Shown here piece by piece: positions 24,813 to 37,700 of a DNA stretch of 64,000 nt. Origin of the DNA: Eledone cirrhosa (lineage: Eukaryota). How positions within the stretch are numbered: the stretch's first letter is position 1; each line of letters begins with the position of its first letter. Location: NCBI GenBank assembly GCA_964016885.1, contig OZ024743.1, positions 156,860,001-156,924,000 on the forward strand. Direction: 5' to 3'. Under the pieces are notes generated by a model. The model was not told where the DNA came from. It did not search any database and saw nothing but the letters and a program-made list of their open reading frames with translations. Position numbers and translations under genes: made by a program.

Positions 24813-27800
24813 ATATCTTCGGACGTCCTTTTAGCTCGCTCCCAGTAAGTCGTTTTATTTGCCTGTTAAAATTGTTTGTTGTTAAATAGTTATTGTTGTG
24901 TAAGGGATATAAGCCCTTAGACTATGCCCTGTGAAGGGGAAAATATATTTGGCCCAAATATTTGAACATTTTACGTTTAAAAAGAATAATTTATTTTGAA
25001 AAAAATACATGGCTGAGTCACGCCCCCCAGCAATACGTCTGCTGTCGTGTGATAACGGCGTAAAAGTTGAGAGGAGGGTTAGTGAAATTCATACAACAGA
25101 CACCACCACAAACAACGTGAATAACACTGAGAACACTAATTTTGAAAACATTACCACACCAACTACAACAATAACTGCGTCAACCAAAATACAGACAACA
25201 GAAAAAAATGACAACAAATGCAACAACGATATTAACACCACTAACAAGAAAATAAACAACGACAACAGCAACAGCAACAATACAAATTGCACCGAAAACA
25301 ACAACAACGGTGGCACCAAAAACACAACCAACTACAACAGTGATAAAACACCAACACCGTTTGTAGCAGTAGCAACAGCAACAGCACCAACAACAAGACC
25401 AGTAGCAGCAGTAGCCGCAGTATTAATGGTGCCGCTGAAAATGGGACCATTTCTTTCGCAGGTGTGGCTCGAAATTTAGAGACAGTGCTAGTCTCGGAGG
25501 AGATGGCAGTCGCAAGAGCCATGGTGTCGCGAAACGACAATAGAGTTTCCCTGAAACCTCAACCCGATTTCTTCAAAGACCAGCAGCTGCGCACGGTGAC
25601 TTACCGTACCATAAGCAAAATGTCTCATCGCGTGGAGAGAGCCACGGAGGTTCAAATCCGAAAGGCCTTAGGATGTGTATGGGCACGAAAAACCCACATC
25701 ACCCGTGGTAAAAAGTACGCCACAGTAGACGTACTTTTCGCCACCCCACAAGAGGCGAAGTCTCTCTTTTTGGAAACCCTAAAGAGTGAGCAGATTGTCT
25801 TGGTGCCCTCCTACTGCGGGCAGAAAATTGTGATGGTCAAAGTGACCTAGGTGTTGCCGACGTGCCCATACCTCGGCTGACCGCATCTGTATTGGGTGGA
25901 ATCGAGGAGAAGACCACCATACTGCAAATAAGGAGAATTGGAAGAGAGAACTGGTCAGGAATAGGCATGCAAACGCCAATACAGTCTGACCAGGAGTGCA
26001 TCGAGACCATCCGAGACATCATAGACCTCGAAGAAGGGCTCCAACTCCCTATAAGCGTTGAAGGGAGGCGCCCAAAGTGCTATTGCTGTGGGCAGAAGGG
26101 TCACCTCAGGGCCTTCTGCCCGCAGAAGACAGCCAAGAAGAGGGCCACCCTCCTTCCGACGCCTGATCCTGTGCTACCAAGAGCAGGGCAGGCAACAGAG
26201 GCTGAAGACTCTTCGATGGTGAGTAGTAGGGCAACGTACGTGACACTCAAACCAAGGCTAGGGATAACTAAAGCAGCGGCAGCAGTGGCGGCAATAACAA
26301 CAGTCGCAGTAGCTACACAGGCGGTAAAATCGCCGGATCGGGCTCCAATACCATCACCAACAGCAGTGGAGCTGATGTCCCTCCAGGTCGCTGCGGGGTC
26401 CGACATGGAGTGTGAGGCGGGAGGAAGTGGCAAACGGTCTGTCACAAAAACAAAAAAAAACCTTTAGATTCACCTCCAAAAGCGAAGGTAGACAATTAGG
26501 GGTAAAGGCTGCAAGGAGACTTGCAGCAACACCACCACCATTACCATCACTCCCACAAGCATCATCATCAACAACAACCACACCACCACCCGCATCACTA
26601 AAAACATTAGCATCGCAAAAACAACAAAACACACACACCCAACAGCAACAACAAGAAAACAGCAACAATATAGCCCTCCCCACAAAAAGTACACAGCCAT
26701 AAACATGGCAAAAAAATAACTCTTACAAAATATAAAGCAGCACAAAGACATCACACAAAACACTACTACACCCGACCAACACCAAGAACTCTCCCGACAA
26801 ACATAAGCATCATTGAAATCAAAATAGTACATTACACACTTTTGAAACAAAAGTTCCCCAACGCGGTTGGAGACTTCAGAGGTTCGGTTACCAAGAGGAT
26901 ATACACGGTCATCCTCAAGGAAACACCCATGACCAGCCAAAGGAACGGTTCTACTGTCCCTTCACCACACGATCAAGGTAAGTGACCCTTACGTGGCCTG
27001 GGGTTATCTTGGGCCCAGTGTCACCTTCTCAACGACCTCACATCACTAAACATAGATGTGGTGGCCATCAGCGAGACCAGAATCTCCGAGGCACGAGACT
27101 TCGCACCGATCTCCCAGCCGTCCAGGATCGTGTGTGTGTGTGGGGGGGGGGGGGGGTTGCCGTGCTTTTTCGGAGAGGCTTGGATCTCGCCATACGGGCT
27201 ATCTTCATAGACCCAGAAGATAAGTCGGTGGTGCTGGACGTGACCTGCAGCGAAGGCAATGCTTTCGTACTAGTAGTCATCTACGCTCCAGCATAGGCAG
27301 GACTGCCAGTTTTCTTCAGACATCTAGAGACCTTTCTTGGAACGTCCCACTCTTTAGTGTTAGTGGACGACTGGAACGGTATCTTAGATGCACGCTGGGA
27401 TTATGTGGGGCTAGTAGACAGGACAGGAGGGTGTAAAACCCTCAACAACCTGCTCAGACATTTTGAACTGTCTGACAGGTATAGACTGGATTATCCGAAT
27501 GTGCAAATGTGGACATGGGCAAACCGCATCGGGTCATCCAAATCGTATTTAGATAGGGTATTCTGTAGTGAAACAGATAAAGCTAGAGTAGGTTGTCCAC
27601 AATTTAAAGTAGCCGACTACACGGAACACAAATTTGTGATCTCTGAAGTTGACTTAGATAGACTCCATAGGCAAGGACCTGGTTACTGGAAGCTGAACGC
27701 ATCGTTCCCGGCGCGCAAAGCTTACAGAGACCGAATTAGCGAATTAGTTAAGCGTGCGTTGACGGGTGCGATCGTCAACAACAGGTGGTGCTTTACCCTG

Positions 27801-29050
27801 AAAAGGGCTATTAGAGTAGGATTGATAAGGTTTAGCAGAGTAGTGATAGAGGAAAATAGAGTAGAGGGAGAGTTAGTTAGAAAGCTAGAAGAGGCGTTTA
27901 GGACAGGCATCGCAAACGATTTGCTTGCGGCGAGAATGGCACTCGACAAATTCTTCAACGTAAAGCATGAAGGCTGCGTTCTCAGAGCTAGATCACGTGC
28001 TCTAAGATACGAGGGGACGAAAGCCGTTTAATGGGCCCGGTGGTGGAGGTGCGACGTTGCAACAAGTCTACAATTCGGTCTTTGGCTGATCAAAACGGGC
28101 ACATGTTGCTCGAAACCGAGCAATTGTTCGGGAGCGGCTGCGGACCGGATCGGCGTGTGGATTTCGGTGCATACCTTGACGGACTGCCGCGGCTCTCGAC
28201 GACCACAGCGCAGTGCTGCGAAAAGTCGAAGACGATCAGCTGTTCGCTCTCTTCAAGATAACTTTCCGACCGGGGCCTATGGACAACTTCCAGAAATACC
28301 TGGCCTGGCAGTGCTACTGGGGAGCGTTGCCGGTCGGGATAAGCTCTACAGGCACGGAGGTGCTGTCAGCCGAGCATGTCCGAGTTGCGCGCACTCGTTC
28401 AATGCCGAGCATGTCCGAGATCTACGCACTCGTTCAATGCCAGCGGATTGCTGACTTCTAGAGCTATGTCGAACAGCTGCTGTCGCGTGTAGGACGGATC
28501 CGGTTATCAACTGAGTCCATTTAAAGAAGAGGAAGGGCAGGCAGTTTTCATCTGGCTGGTGGCTATGGCGAAAGAGATTGTGTGGTGGACAAGGTTGAAA
28601 GGGTTGAAGACAGACACTTTCTTCTCTGGCCAATCCCTGAGTAACTTCTTCAAGTTTCACTTGGATAGGACAATCAGGGTGGAGAGGCAAGTGCTGTCTT
28701 GTAGTAAGTTTGTTGAAAGGTGGGTGAAAGTGGCGATTCTAGTCCGAGTGAACGAGCCCGCTCTGAGTATATACCTGTAGACTGAGGAGTGGGAAAAGTG
28801 AGAGAGGGCGCTTGCCCTGGTGGTCAGTGTGGCCGTGGGCTTTTGTGTGGTTTTCACCACGAGTAAACCTCGGAGTTTTCCATCTTCTTGGGGAATTTTT
28901 GTTGTTTGAATTTTTTGGGATTTCTAGCCTGTTTTTCTTTTAACCTTTTTACACGACCAAAACCTATTTTGTATCGCCCTGTACTGTTCTGTGCCGATTC
29001 TAATTTTTTTCTTCATGTTAGCCCTTGTGGCCAATAAAGAAACCATTATT
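24813..29050 (+). mobile_element. L1/Tx1-clade LINE copy 2, both ends present, RT domain deleted
   Basis: 5' UTR matches copy 1a; ORF1 with CYCCGQKGHLRAFC zinc knuckle; APE 27.0-27.7 kb; jump at ~28223 from pre-RT linker to C-terminal region; AATAAA 29033. Confidence 0.92.
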
Positions 29051-29061
29051 AGTAGTTTAAT

Positions 29062-29253
29062 GACGGTGGATTGGCAGTAATGGTAGAGGGTCGGACACCA
29101 TGCTTTTTAACATAGAGTTACGGCCCTTTATGATATGAGTTCAAATCCCGCCGAGGTTAACTTTGCCTTTCATCCTTACGGGGTCGATGAAATAAAGTAC
29201 CAGTAATACGCTGGGATAATTGCTGGCCTTGTGCCAAAAGTAGAAACAATCAT
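29062..29253 (+). mobile_element. tRNA-derived SINE
   Basis: GACGGTGGATTGGCAGTAATGG, B box GAGTTCAAATCCC, 3' GTAGAAACAATCATT. Confidence 0.9.
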
Positions 29254-29254
29254 T

Positions 29255-30470
29255 CAAATCTGTGATATTAGTGGCTTTAATCATATATATTAAGCCTGTG
29301 TTAGCGTTTTTTATAAGGCTTGCTACTTTATTATTAATTTTAATCTTTGGGAGGTTTACTCTTTTATCCATAGGGCGATCGCTTATTGTTTGGAGTACTT
29401 GAAGTATATCCTTCTTTATCCTCTTGTAATATTGAATTTCGTCATTAGGGGTTATTTTCTCTCTATCTTTTTCTTTATATCTATTTATTTTAATTTGTAT
29501 TTTTGTTTGTGTTGTCTGGAATCTGATAGTGTTGGTTAGCACTCTGTGTGTCTTTTATTGTTGGGGTTTGCTCTGTTTTTTGTTAACTTTATCTATTTGG
29601 GTTATGTCGGGTTTTAGGTCACCTTTTGAATTCTCTATATGTTAATGTACGTTAATTATTGCTATCATTATTTGTGATTTCGCTCTAAATTTATTCTATT
29701 AGTTGATTTCAGTCTCTGATATTTTTTTGTTTTTAATATGTATCCCCTTAAATTTACTACTTTATTAGGGTCAAGTATTAACTCAAAATTAGGGTTGTTT
29801 TTCTGCTAGATTTTTTGTGTGTTGTGTTTTCGTTTTAGGTGTATAACGTTGCCGTAAGATACGCGTGTATAGTTGAAGCATATTCCTCAGTTATCCATTT
29901 GTGTATTTTTCATTTATGGTACTTATGGAATAGTGTCCGGCTCATTATTTAGATCAATATCATTTTTGTTGTGTATCGGCTTTTGTGCTTCTGTGTTTGT
30001 ACGGTTTTGTGCGCTTTTGTTAACTTACAAACTTTTCCTTAAGTTCAAAGAACAAACGTCTGTACATCTGTGTGATTGTTTTGTGTACATTTTTCGTTGT
30101 TTTTATAATACAGGCATTTATAATTGAATCAATAAATGTTGTTACTTATGTTTTTCATTAGAATGTTGTTACTTACGGTTTTCATTAGAAACTCTCTGTG
30201 TGATGTTGCGGCTAATTTTCAACTTGTTACATTTTACTCACGTGATCACAATTTCAATAAAGAAAATTATGTTATAAGGACGATCCGTGTACAAAATTTA
30301 GTTTTAGTAGGCCTTGTGGTTTTCGTCCATTATGATTCCTCACCATTTTCTTAGCACATTTATTATTGTTTTGTCGATAGTGTTCGATTTATTTCAAATC
30401 TTGAGGGGGAGCTTCGTTATAGGCATTCATAATGTTATCCATTACTTTTATTGTTATTGTTATAATTCTT
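29255..30470 (-). mobile_element. 5' fragment of an R4/Dong-like LINE (ORF N-terminal region)
   Basis: Minus-strand peptides KKISETEIN and RVNLPKIK...NITDLN resemble pre-RT segments of R4/Dong ORFs; recognised from memory, not aligned. Confidence 0.5.
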
Positions 30471-30484
30471 ATAATAATTATTAA

Positions 30485-33400
30485 TATTGGCGATTTAATT
30501 GTGGAAACGTATCATTGTGAGCTCCGAAATCTTTGGTGTTTTAAGTTGTTTTGAATTGCTAGTTGTGGATCTTTCTTGTTGTCAACGGTTGATATATATA
30601 TATATAGCATTTTGAAAAGGACACTCCATAATATTGTGGACTTGAACCCAAATTCGAACTTTATTTTGTCAAAACAGACATTTTTTGTCAAAAATTATGG
30701 ATGATATACACACAAAAATTAAGCCAGCTGTCACGTGACAACGGTGCTAACATTGACGCTACTCCCTTCACTACCATTATGAACTTTGCTACAATCACAA
30801 GCATGGCAGGTGTCTTCTCTAACAGCAGCAACAGCTGCAACAATAGAAGTCACCAGAGTTTGTCCCGTGCAGAAGAGCGGACTTTCAACCTTTGCCAATG
30901 TCGACTGGTGTGAAAGCCGCTATCCCCACCGCAACAATGCCGAGGAGCACGTCCAACAATACTGACACTACCACCACCACCACCACCACCACCACCACAA
31001 CAGCAACAACTGAAACAAAAAATTATAATAACAAGAACAACAATAACAACAACAGCAACAATAAGAATAACAACAACAACAATAACACCAGTGCAAAACC
31101 AAATGTGTCGTTTGCAGCGAACAAAACCGGAACGATTAAGGTAACCAAGCAACAACTGATGAGGCCAGGTGAATGGTGAATAAATATGGATGCAGGGTCA
31201 GCCTCACCTCTCCAGCAAACGCCATGGAACATAGGTGGCTATGTATGGTATCATACTGTACAATGAGCACGAAAACACGCCGAGTGGAGTGGACATCCGA
31301 GTCCCAGACCTAAAAGGTTTTGGGATATGTGAGGGTTCAGGAAACCCACATCATGCTTGGATGGAGATATGCGAGCGTGGATATGTTCTTTGCCACCCCA
31401 CAGGAAGCCCGAGAGCACTCCATGGCGGCACTAAAGAACAACGAGTTCACACCTGTCCCTAGCAACTCCACACAAAAGCTCGTGAGTGGGAGTGACCCAG
31501 GTTCCACTGGAAATAACACTTCCCTGGCTGATGGTTACCGTCCTCCACCGATATCGAGGACGACACAAAACTCATGGAGTTCATAAAAATAAAACAAGAG
31601 AAGTGGTCCGATTCTGGAATGGAGCTCCTCATTCAAGCGGATTAGAAATACATCCAGATTTCAGAGGTAATAGACCTGGTTGACAGCAGCCACCTCACCG
31701 CAATCGTTGAAGGCCATGGTCTGTCGCCACCTAGCGTCACCACCACTAACCACACGACAAGGGTCACCAAGGCCTAAGGAGGACATCCCACTCCTCTCCC
31801 TCTCACAATTGGAGGCGAGGAGGAGGGATGGAAAATTGTATCTGTAAAAAAAGAAGAAACCAGAAAAGAAAGAACCCTCTTCCTTCACCCTCCAAATAAA
31901 TAAACAAATAAACAAAAAAAACAAGGTAGTTAAGACAGTGACGGCAACATCACCACCACCCACACCAGCATCACCAGCCCATCACCACACACAACAACAC
32001 CATCACCATCATCAACCCCAACACTACCAACAACAACATCACAAAATAACACGATCAACAAGCGAAACTAAAACAAATCCCCACACGCAACTGCAACAAA
32101 CGCAAACACAACGAAACGACCAAACCGAAACACATTAAACGGCATTAAACATGAACAATAAACAATTATTATACTACATCCAACACCACACCAGCATCAC
32201 AGAGAAAAACTACAGAACACCCAAAATTTCACATCACACTCATGCATACAAATAACACGTATCTCAAACCCTAAAAGAAATATTCCGCATGGACAACGGA
32301 GATTTCTGGCAAACCCCTGCCAGAAGGATATAAAAATAGATGCCCACGGAGAGGGCCAGTAACAGTCAGACGGACGGTAAAAACCGTCCTTCCTCCAGAA
32401 AATCTGAATCTCGTGATAGCGATCATCTTCTTGAATCGAGAAGGCAAGTCGGTATTGCTTGACGTAACCAGTGGAGAAGGCTATGCTTTTAGGCTAGTGG
32501 CTATATATACGCCGACAGGGGCAGGATGGCCTGAATTCTTCAGTTGACTGGAGACCTTCATAAGAACGTCCCGCTCTTTAATGTTAATTGGCGATTGGAA
32601 CGGGATCTTCAATACACGTTGGGATTGTGTTGGATTAGCGGATAGGTGAGGGGGTGTAAAAGCTTCGCCAACCTGCTCAGACGTTTCCAACTATCTGACA
32701 GGTACCAACTAGATTTCCCGAATATGCTATGTGGGCATGGACAAACCGAATAGGTTCATCCAGATCGTATCTAGAATTTATAAGGAAGTAGATAGCTGTA
32801 GCATAGGTTGTCTAAAATTCAAGATAGTCGACTACATGGACCACAAATTCGTGATCTGTGTGGTCGACTTCGATAGGCATCATAGACATGGTCCCGGCAA
32901 CAGGAAGCAAAACACATCGCTAACGACACGCAAAGCCTACAGAGACAGGATTAGTGAGCTACTTAAGTGGGAGCTGAGGGGGAGGGGGGTCAGTCATCAA
33001 CAACAAATAGTGGTTCACCCTGAAAAAGGCAATTAGAATTATATCCAGAATTATATTAAGTTTAGTAAGATGTTAGAAGTATAGAAACATAGAGCAGAGG
33101 GAGAAATAGTTAGAAAATTAGACGAGGCTTTTAGTAATGGCATCGCGACCAACGTGCTTGGAGCGAGATTGTCCCTGGACAAATTCTTCAACGCAAAGCA
33201 CGTAGGCTATGTTGTCAGAGCTAGGGCGCTTGCACGAGGGGATGAAAGTCGTTCGATGGGCCCAAGTGGCGGAGTCAGGTCGTGGCAACAAAATACATGA
33301 TCCAATCTTTGGGGACCACGACGGGCGCATGTTCGTCGAATCCAGGCAAATGTGTGCGGCTTTTCAGCGGAACTTCACCCAGCTGTTCGGCTGCAGTAAT

Positions 33401-34497
33401 GGGCTGGATCGTGGGATACACTTTAACGCTTACCTCAACGGTTTACCGTGGCTCTCGACCACTGAGGCCGAGTGTTGCGAAAAGCCGATAACAGGCGCTG
33501 CAGTACGGGAGGCAATAACTGTCTGCATGATGGGAAAATCGCCCGGTTTGGGTCATCTGCCTTAGGAGCTTACATTCCAGATACTTTGCGTGACCTCTTG
33601 GCAGACGTCTACTGCAACTGGTAGCAGAGCGGGAAAATTCCCAGCTCTGGGTAACTAGGATGCGGGAGAACCGCGACAGCATACGCCGACGATGTCAGCG
33701 TAGTAGTGTTGAGCGCCAAATGCATCAAAGTGATCGGCACTACTCTAAGAGAATACGAGGCGTTGACAGAAGCAATTATTGTCCAGGAAAAGACGGTGGG
33801 CCAGCGGCTAGGCACCGGGAGGTGCAGGTCCATGCTGCTGTAAAGAGTTGTCTGGCGCTGCACGGACGGACTGGTTAAATTGCTAGGGTTTTGTTTCGGT
33901 CCGGACCTCCAGACGGACAAAAACAGGGACGAGGTGAAGAACAGGGGCAGAGAGAAGCTATCCCTGAAGGTTCGTGCATTTCTCTTTCGCTTTTTGTGGA
34001 AGGGACGCAATCCGATGGTCAAGCTGTCCATCTACTGTCAACAGCCACTACTTGGAGGGCTGGCCATGCCGTGGCTGGTGATGCGCAAACGTCCGCTCAG
34101 GCTATGGTATAGACACCTGTTTCTTGACGGTTAACAGGCGTGGTTGCCGCTCGCTAGACACGTTTTTTCCTCAGCTCGTCTCCTTGACGGAGCTGCAGTT
34201 CTGGGTCGAGCGAAGACCGAGAAGAAGCACTTGGAGACTGGAATGTCTTCAGGCCCTCATAGTCCTAGACCAGTTTGGTGATGCGATCATTGGAAACACC
34301 AGCTTGGCGTTATATATAGGAGTAGTGCAGGGCAAGAACGACGACGTAGTTGGGGAAACTCTAGGTCTCGGCGAAAGACAACTAGCTAGTCTTTTCTCGA
34401 AAATGTTCAGTCCAGGGACAGTGGATAACTTCCAGAAGTCCCTGACCTGGAAGTGTTACAAGGGAGCTTTGTCAGTTCGAGATAAAATTTACAGGCA
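30485..34497 (+). mobile_element. L1/Tx1-clade LINE copy 3, heavily decayed, internal deletions, 3'-truncated
   Basis: ORF1 segment YASVDMFFATPQEA matches copy 2; APE remnants 32.4-32.9 kb; YADD at ~33681 after a deletion of most of RT. Confidence 0.85.
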
Positions 34498-34739
34498 GAA
34501 CAAAGGAGTGACACAAAATAAAAACCTAGTCACTGAGGAAGTCACAGAATGTGTGATGAATGAGTTTGGACAATATATAAACAACCATCCCGTTATCGAA
34601 CCAACCAGCCAACCGGAATTTTATAAGTTGAAGTGAAAACCAACAGATGTGTGTGTTTTTATTGGTAGCGTGACCCTCCCAAAGTATAACAATGCATATG
34701 TATCTATCTGGGATGGACACATGTATTAAACTTGCACGG

Positions 34740-37700
34740 TAAATCTTGTTTAAATTTCTTTAGAAATTCGTCAGTGTGAACTTTTATTTTTACACCAATT
34801 TGTAGAGAGACTGACAGGTCAAATTTTGATCTGGTCAGTCCCCCAAAATATCGTGCCCTTCAGGACAAAAGTATCCAACATATTTTCGAAAAATATTTTT
34901 GCAAAAAAATTCAATTTTAAAAAAATGGCCGAAGCGAAGACACTTCTTTCCTTTTCAATACAAGAAGATGGGAAGGGAAAGCCATGCTTACTTGACCAGC
35001 AGATAGTAGCAGATAAGCATAAAGGAATGCTAGCATATTTGGAAGAGGATCAAGCTTCAGTTGTTTGTAAGCAACTGAACACGCCTGACGTCACAAATGA
35101 CACACATATATCCACACACAGAAGGAAGAATGTGTAGCAAAGACTTATACCACCACAAGCAACAACACAATAAATGAGAACAACAACAGCAATACAAAAA
35201 AAGAAATCAGCGAAAACACAACGAATGAGACCGTCATCACCATCATCAACAACAACAATGACATTTCATTTGCAGCAACAGTTGCTTCCAACTATGTGAC
35301 ATTTGAGGGAGACACCCCACACATACACATACCCCCACAAATAAGAGAAACGACACAAAAGGAGAAACTGATCTACAGAACAGTTGACATCACCACCAAA
35401 AAACCCTTAACGCTCCCAACAAGCACTATTGAAGCTGCATTAAAAGGCATCAGGCCAGACGTGGCATACCTCCAAATAGCCAAAGAGTATGGAAGTGTGT
35501 CAGTGCTCTTTATGAGCGAAACTCTGGCTCAAAAACCCTCAGTGCACCAAATAAAAACGGGTCAACACATTCTCTTCCCCACATACATGGGAAGAAGCAA
35601 GTATAAAATGAAAATAACCAGAATCCCAGCAGAGGTGAACATATGATGGATCCTACACTGCATCCTGAAGAAGGGTGAGGGCACCCTTCTATATGTAGTC
35701 AGCACAGACCTAAATAACTGATTTAGAACCTGCATCGAGGTTCTGGTACCAATGAAGCCAGAGAGAGTAGAAAATATCCCGGACAAAATCATCCTCGAAT
35801 AAGATATTATCTCCATTTTAGTGGATGGGAAAAGAGCCCAGTTCCATAAGTGTGGGAAAACCACACACTTAAAGGTCTTTTGCCCTCTCTTAAACAAACC
35901 AAGGACAAACGAGGTGCTACTACCAACATCAAAACCCCAACATCAATACCCCATACCAAACACAACACAAACGCTTGCAGCATCCACTCCCACACCACCA
36001 CAGACCAGAGACAACATCAGACACAAAATCCCACTGAAAAACCCTCCCTTGCCTCCACCCTCTCTGTCAAATACTTCCACAAACACTCCACCACACAACG
36101 TACCCCTCCCATCTACCCCTGATTCGGAAGTCTCAGTCGCGGGAACATCTACATCTCCAAGTGAGGAAGGAGTGGAACCCCAAAAGTCCCCCCCAAAAAA
36201 GAGGCACATAACACAATAGCAAAATCATCTACAGAAAACACGCACTCACCCACCACCACCATAAACATATCACCACAAACGACAACCACACCTATAACAC
36301 AATCACCACCAACACAGACAACAAACACTTCACCAACAAAACAAACACCAACACATCCACAATCACAAACCCCAACCACAAAAAGAAAACTACAAACAGA
36401 AACAGTACACATAAAAAAACACATTACACATACATATAAAGAAGAAACAAAGATGTGCTGGAAACTGTCCGAAAGGACCCCACAATCCAAAAGGAAGGGT
36501 TAACCTTCCCCACCATAAAATAATCAGGATAACATCCCTACAATACGAAATATTAAAAGGGAACTTCCCACATAACGTGAGCTCGCCTTGTCAAAAGCCC
36601 CTATACCGTGTCCTGCTAAAAGTATTCCCCCATCCACAAACACCCCCAATCTGGACATGGAAATCGAACAACTCGACCTCCAGGAAGCTAAAAGGTAGGT
36701 ATTCCTGCCTTTTCTCTCCCTAACTCTGCTTCACCAACGTGGCAACTATACAAGTTGGATGTTTGAATAGATGAGGCCGGGCATGCCTTGGAAACAGGGC
36801 CACTTTTTAAATGATCTCAGGTCACACTGTATAGTTGTGATATCCATCACCGAGCCCAGGATTCACAACAAGCAGCAGCTAAAACCTGTGATCGATGATG
36901 TTGAGATATACGCATGGAGGTGGAGAGGGAGTTGCTGTTCTGTTTCAAAAAAACCCGGATCTCAAAGTACTGAGGATTCTCTTGGACCCGGAGGGCAACC
37001 TGGTGGTTCTGGACATGAATGGGAGTGAAGGTGGAGCTTTCAGACTAGTGGAGGAATATGCCCCGACAGGGATATCGCGACAGGAGTTCTTTAAGTGTAT
37101 GGAGCCCTTCCTGGGAACGTTTCGCTCCTTAGTGTTAGCGGGGGACTGGAATGGCATCTGAGACGGATGTTGAGACTATGTAGGAGCTTGTGATAATAGA
37201 GGGGTGTAATAGACTCAAATATCTCATCAGCCAATTCCAACTGGCAGATAGATATCGACTTGACTTCCCAAGTGCACCACTGTGGACGTGGGGCAACCGA
37301 ACTGTGTCTTCTAGATCGTATTTAGATAGATTTCTGATTAGACAGAATGATAAGGAAACATTAATCTGTCCACAAATTCACATGGTTGCCTATTCAGACC
37401 ACAAACTAGTCACTTGCATAGTCAACTTTGATAGAACACATAGACAGGGACCCAGATACTGGAAGCTAAACATGTCGCTCCCGATGAGTAATGCCTACAG
37501 TAAACGGATTAGCACCTTCGTTAAGAGCCAGTTGACGGGGGCCATCGTCAACAACAGGTGGTCGAGCTCTCTCAAGAGAGCATTTGTAATAGAATCGATA
37601 GCATTTAGCAACGAAGTAGCTTCAGAAAAAACAACTGAAAAGGAACTGGTATCTAAAGTAGTAGAGGCACTAAAGAATGGCAGTACAGCTGACGCGCTGT

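Noticed and set aside
34529-34571. Hammerhead-like CTGAGGA-A-GTCACA/TGTGAT-GAAT between LINE copies 3 and 4
   Set aside because: GAAA is GAAT, no stem III, weak stem I, single copy; may be chance
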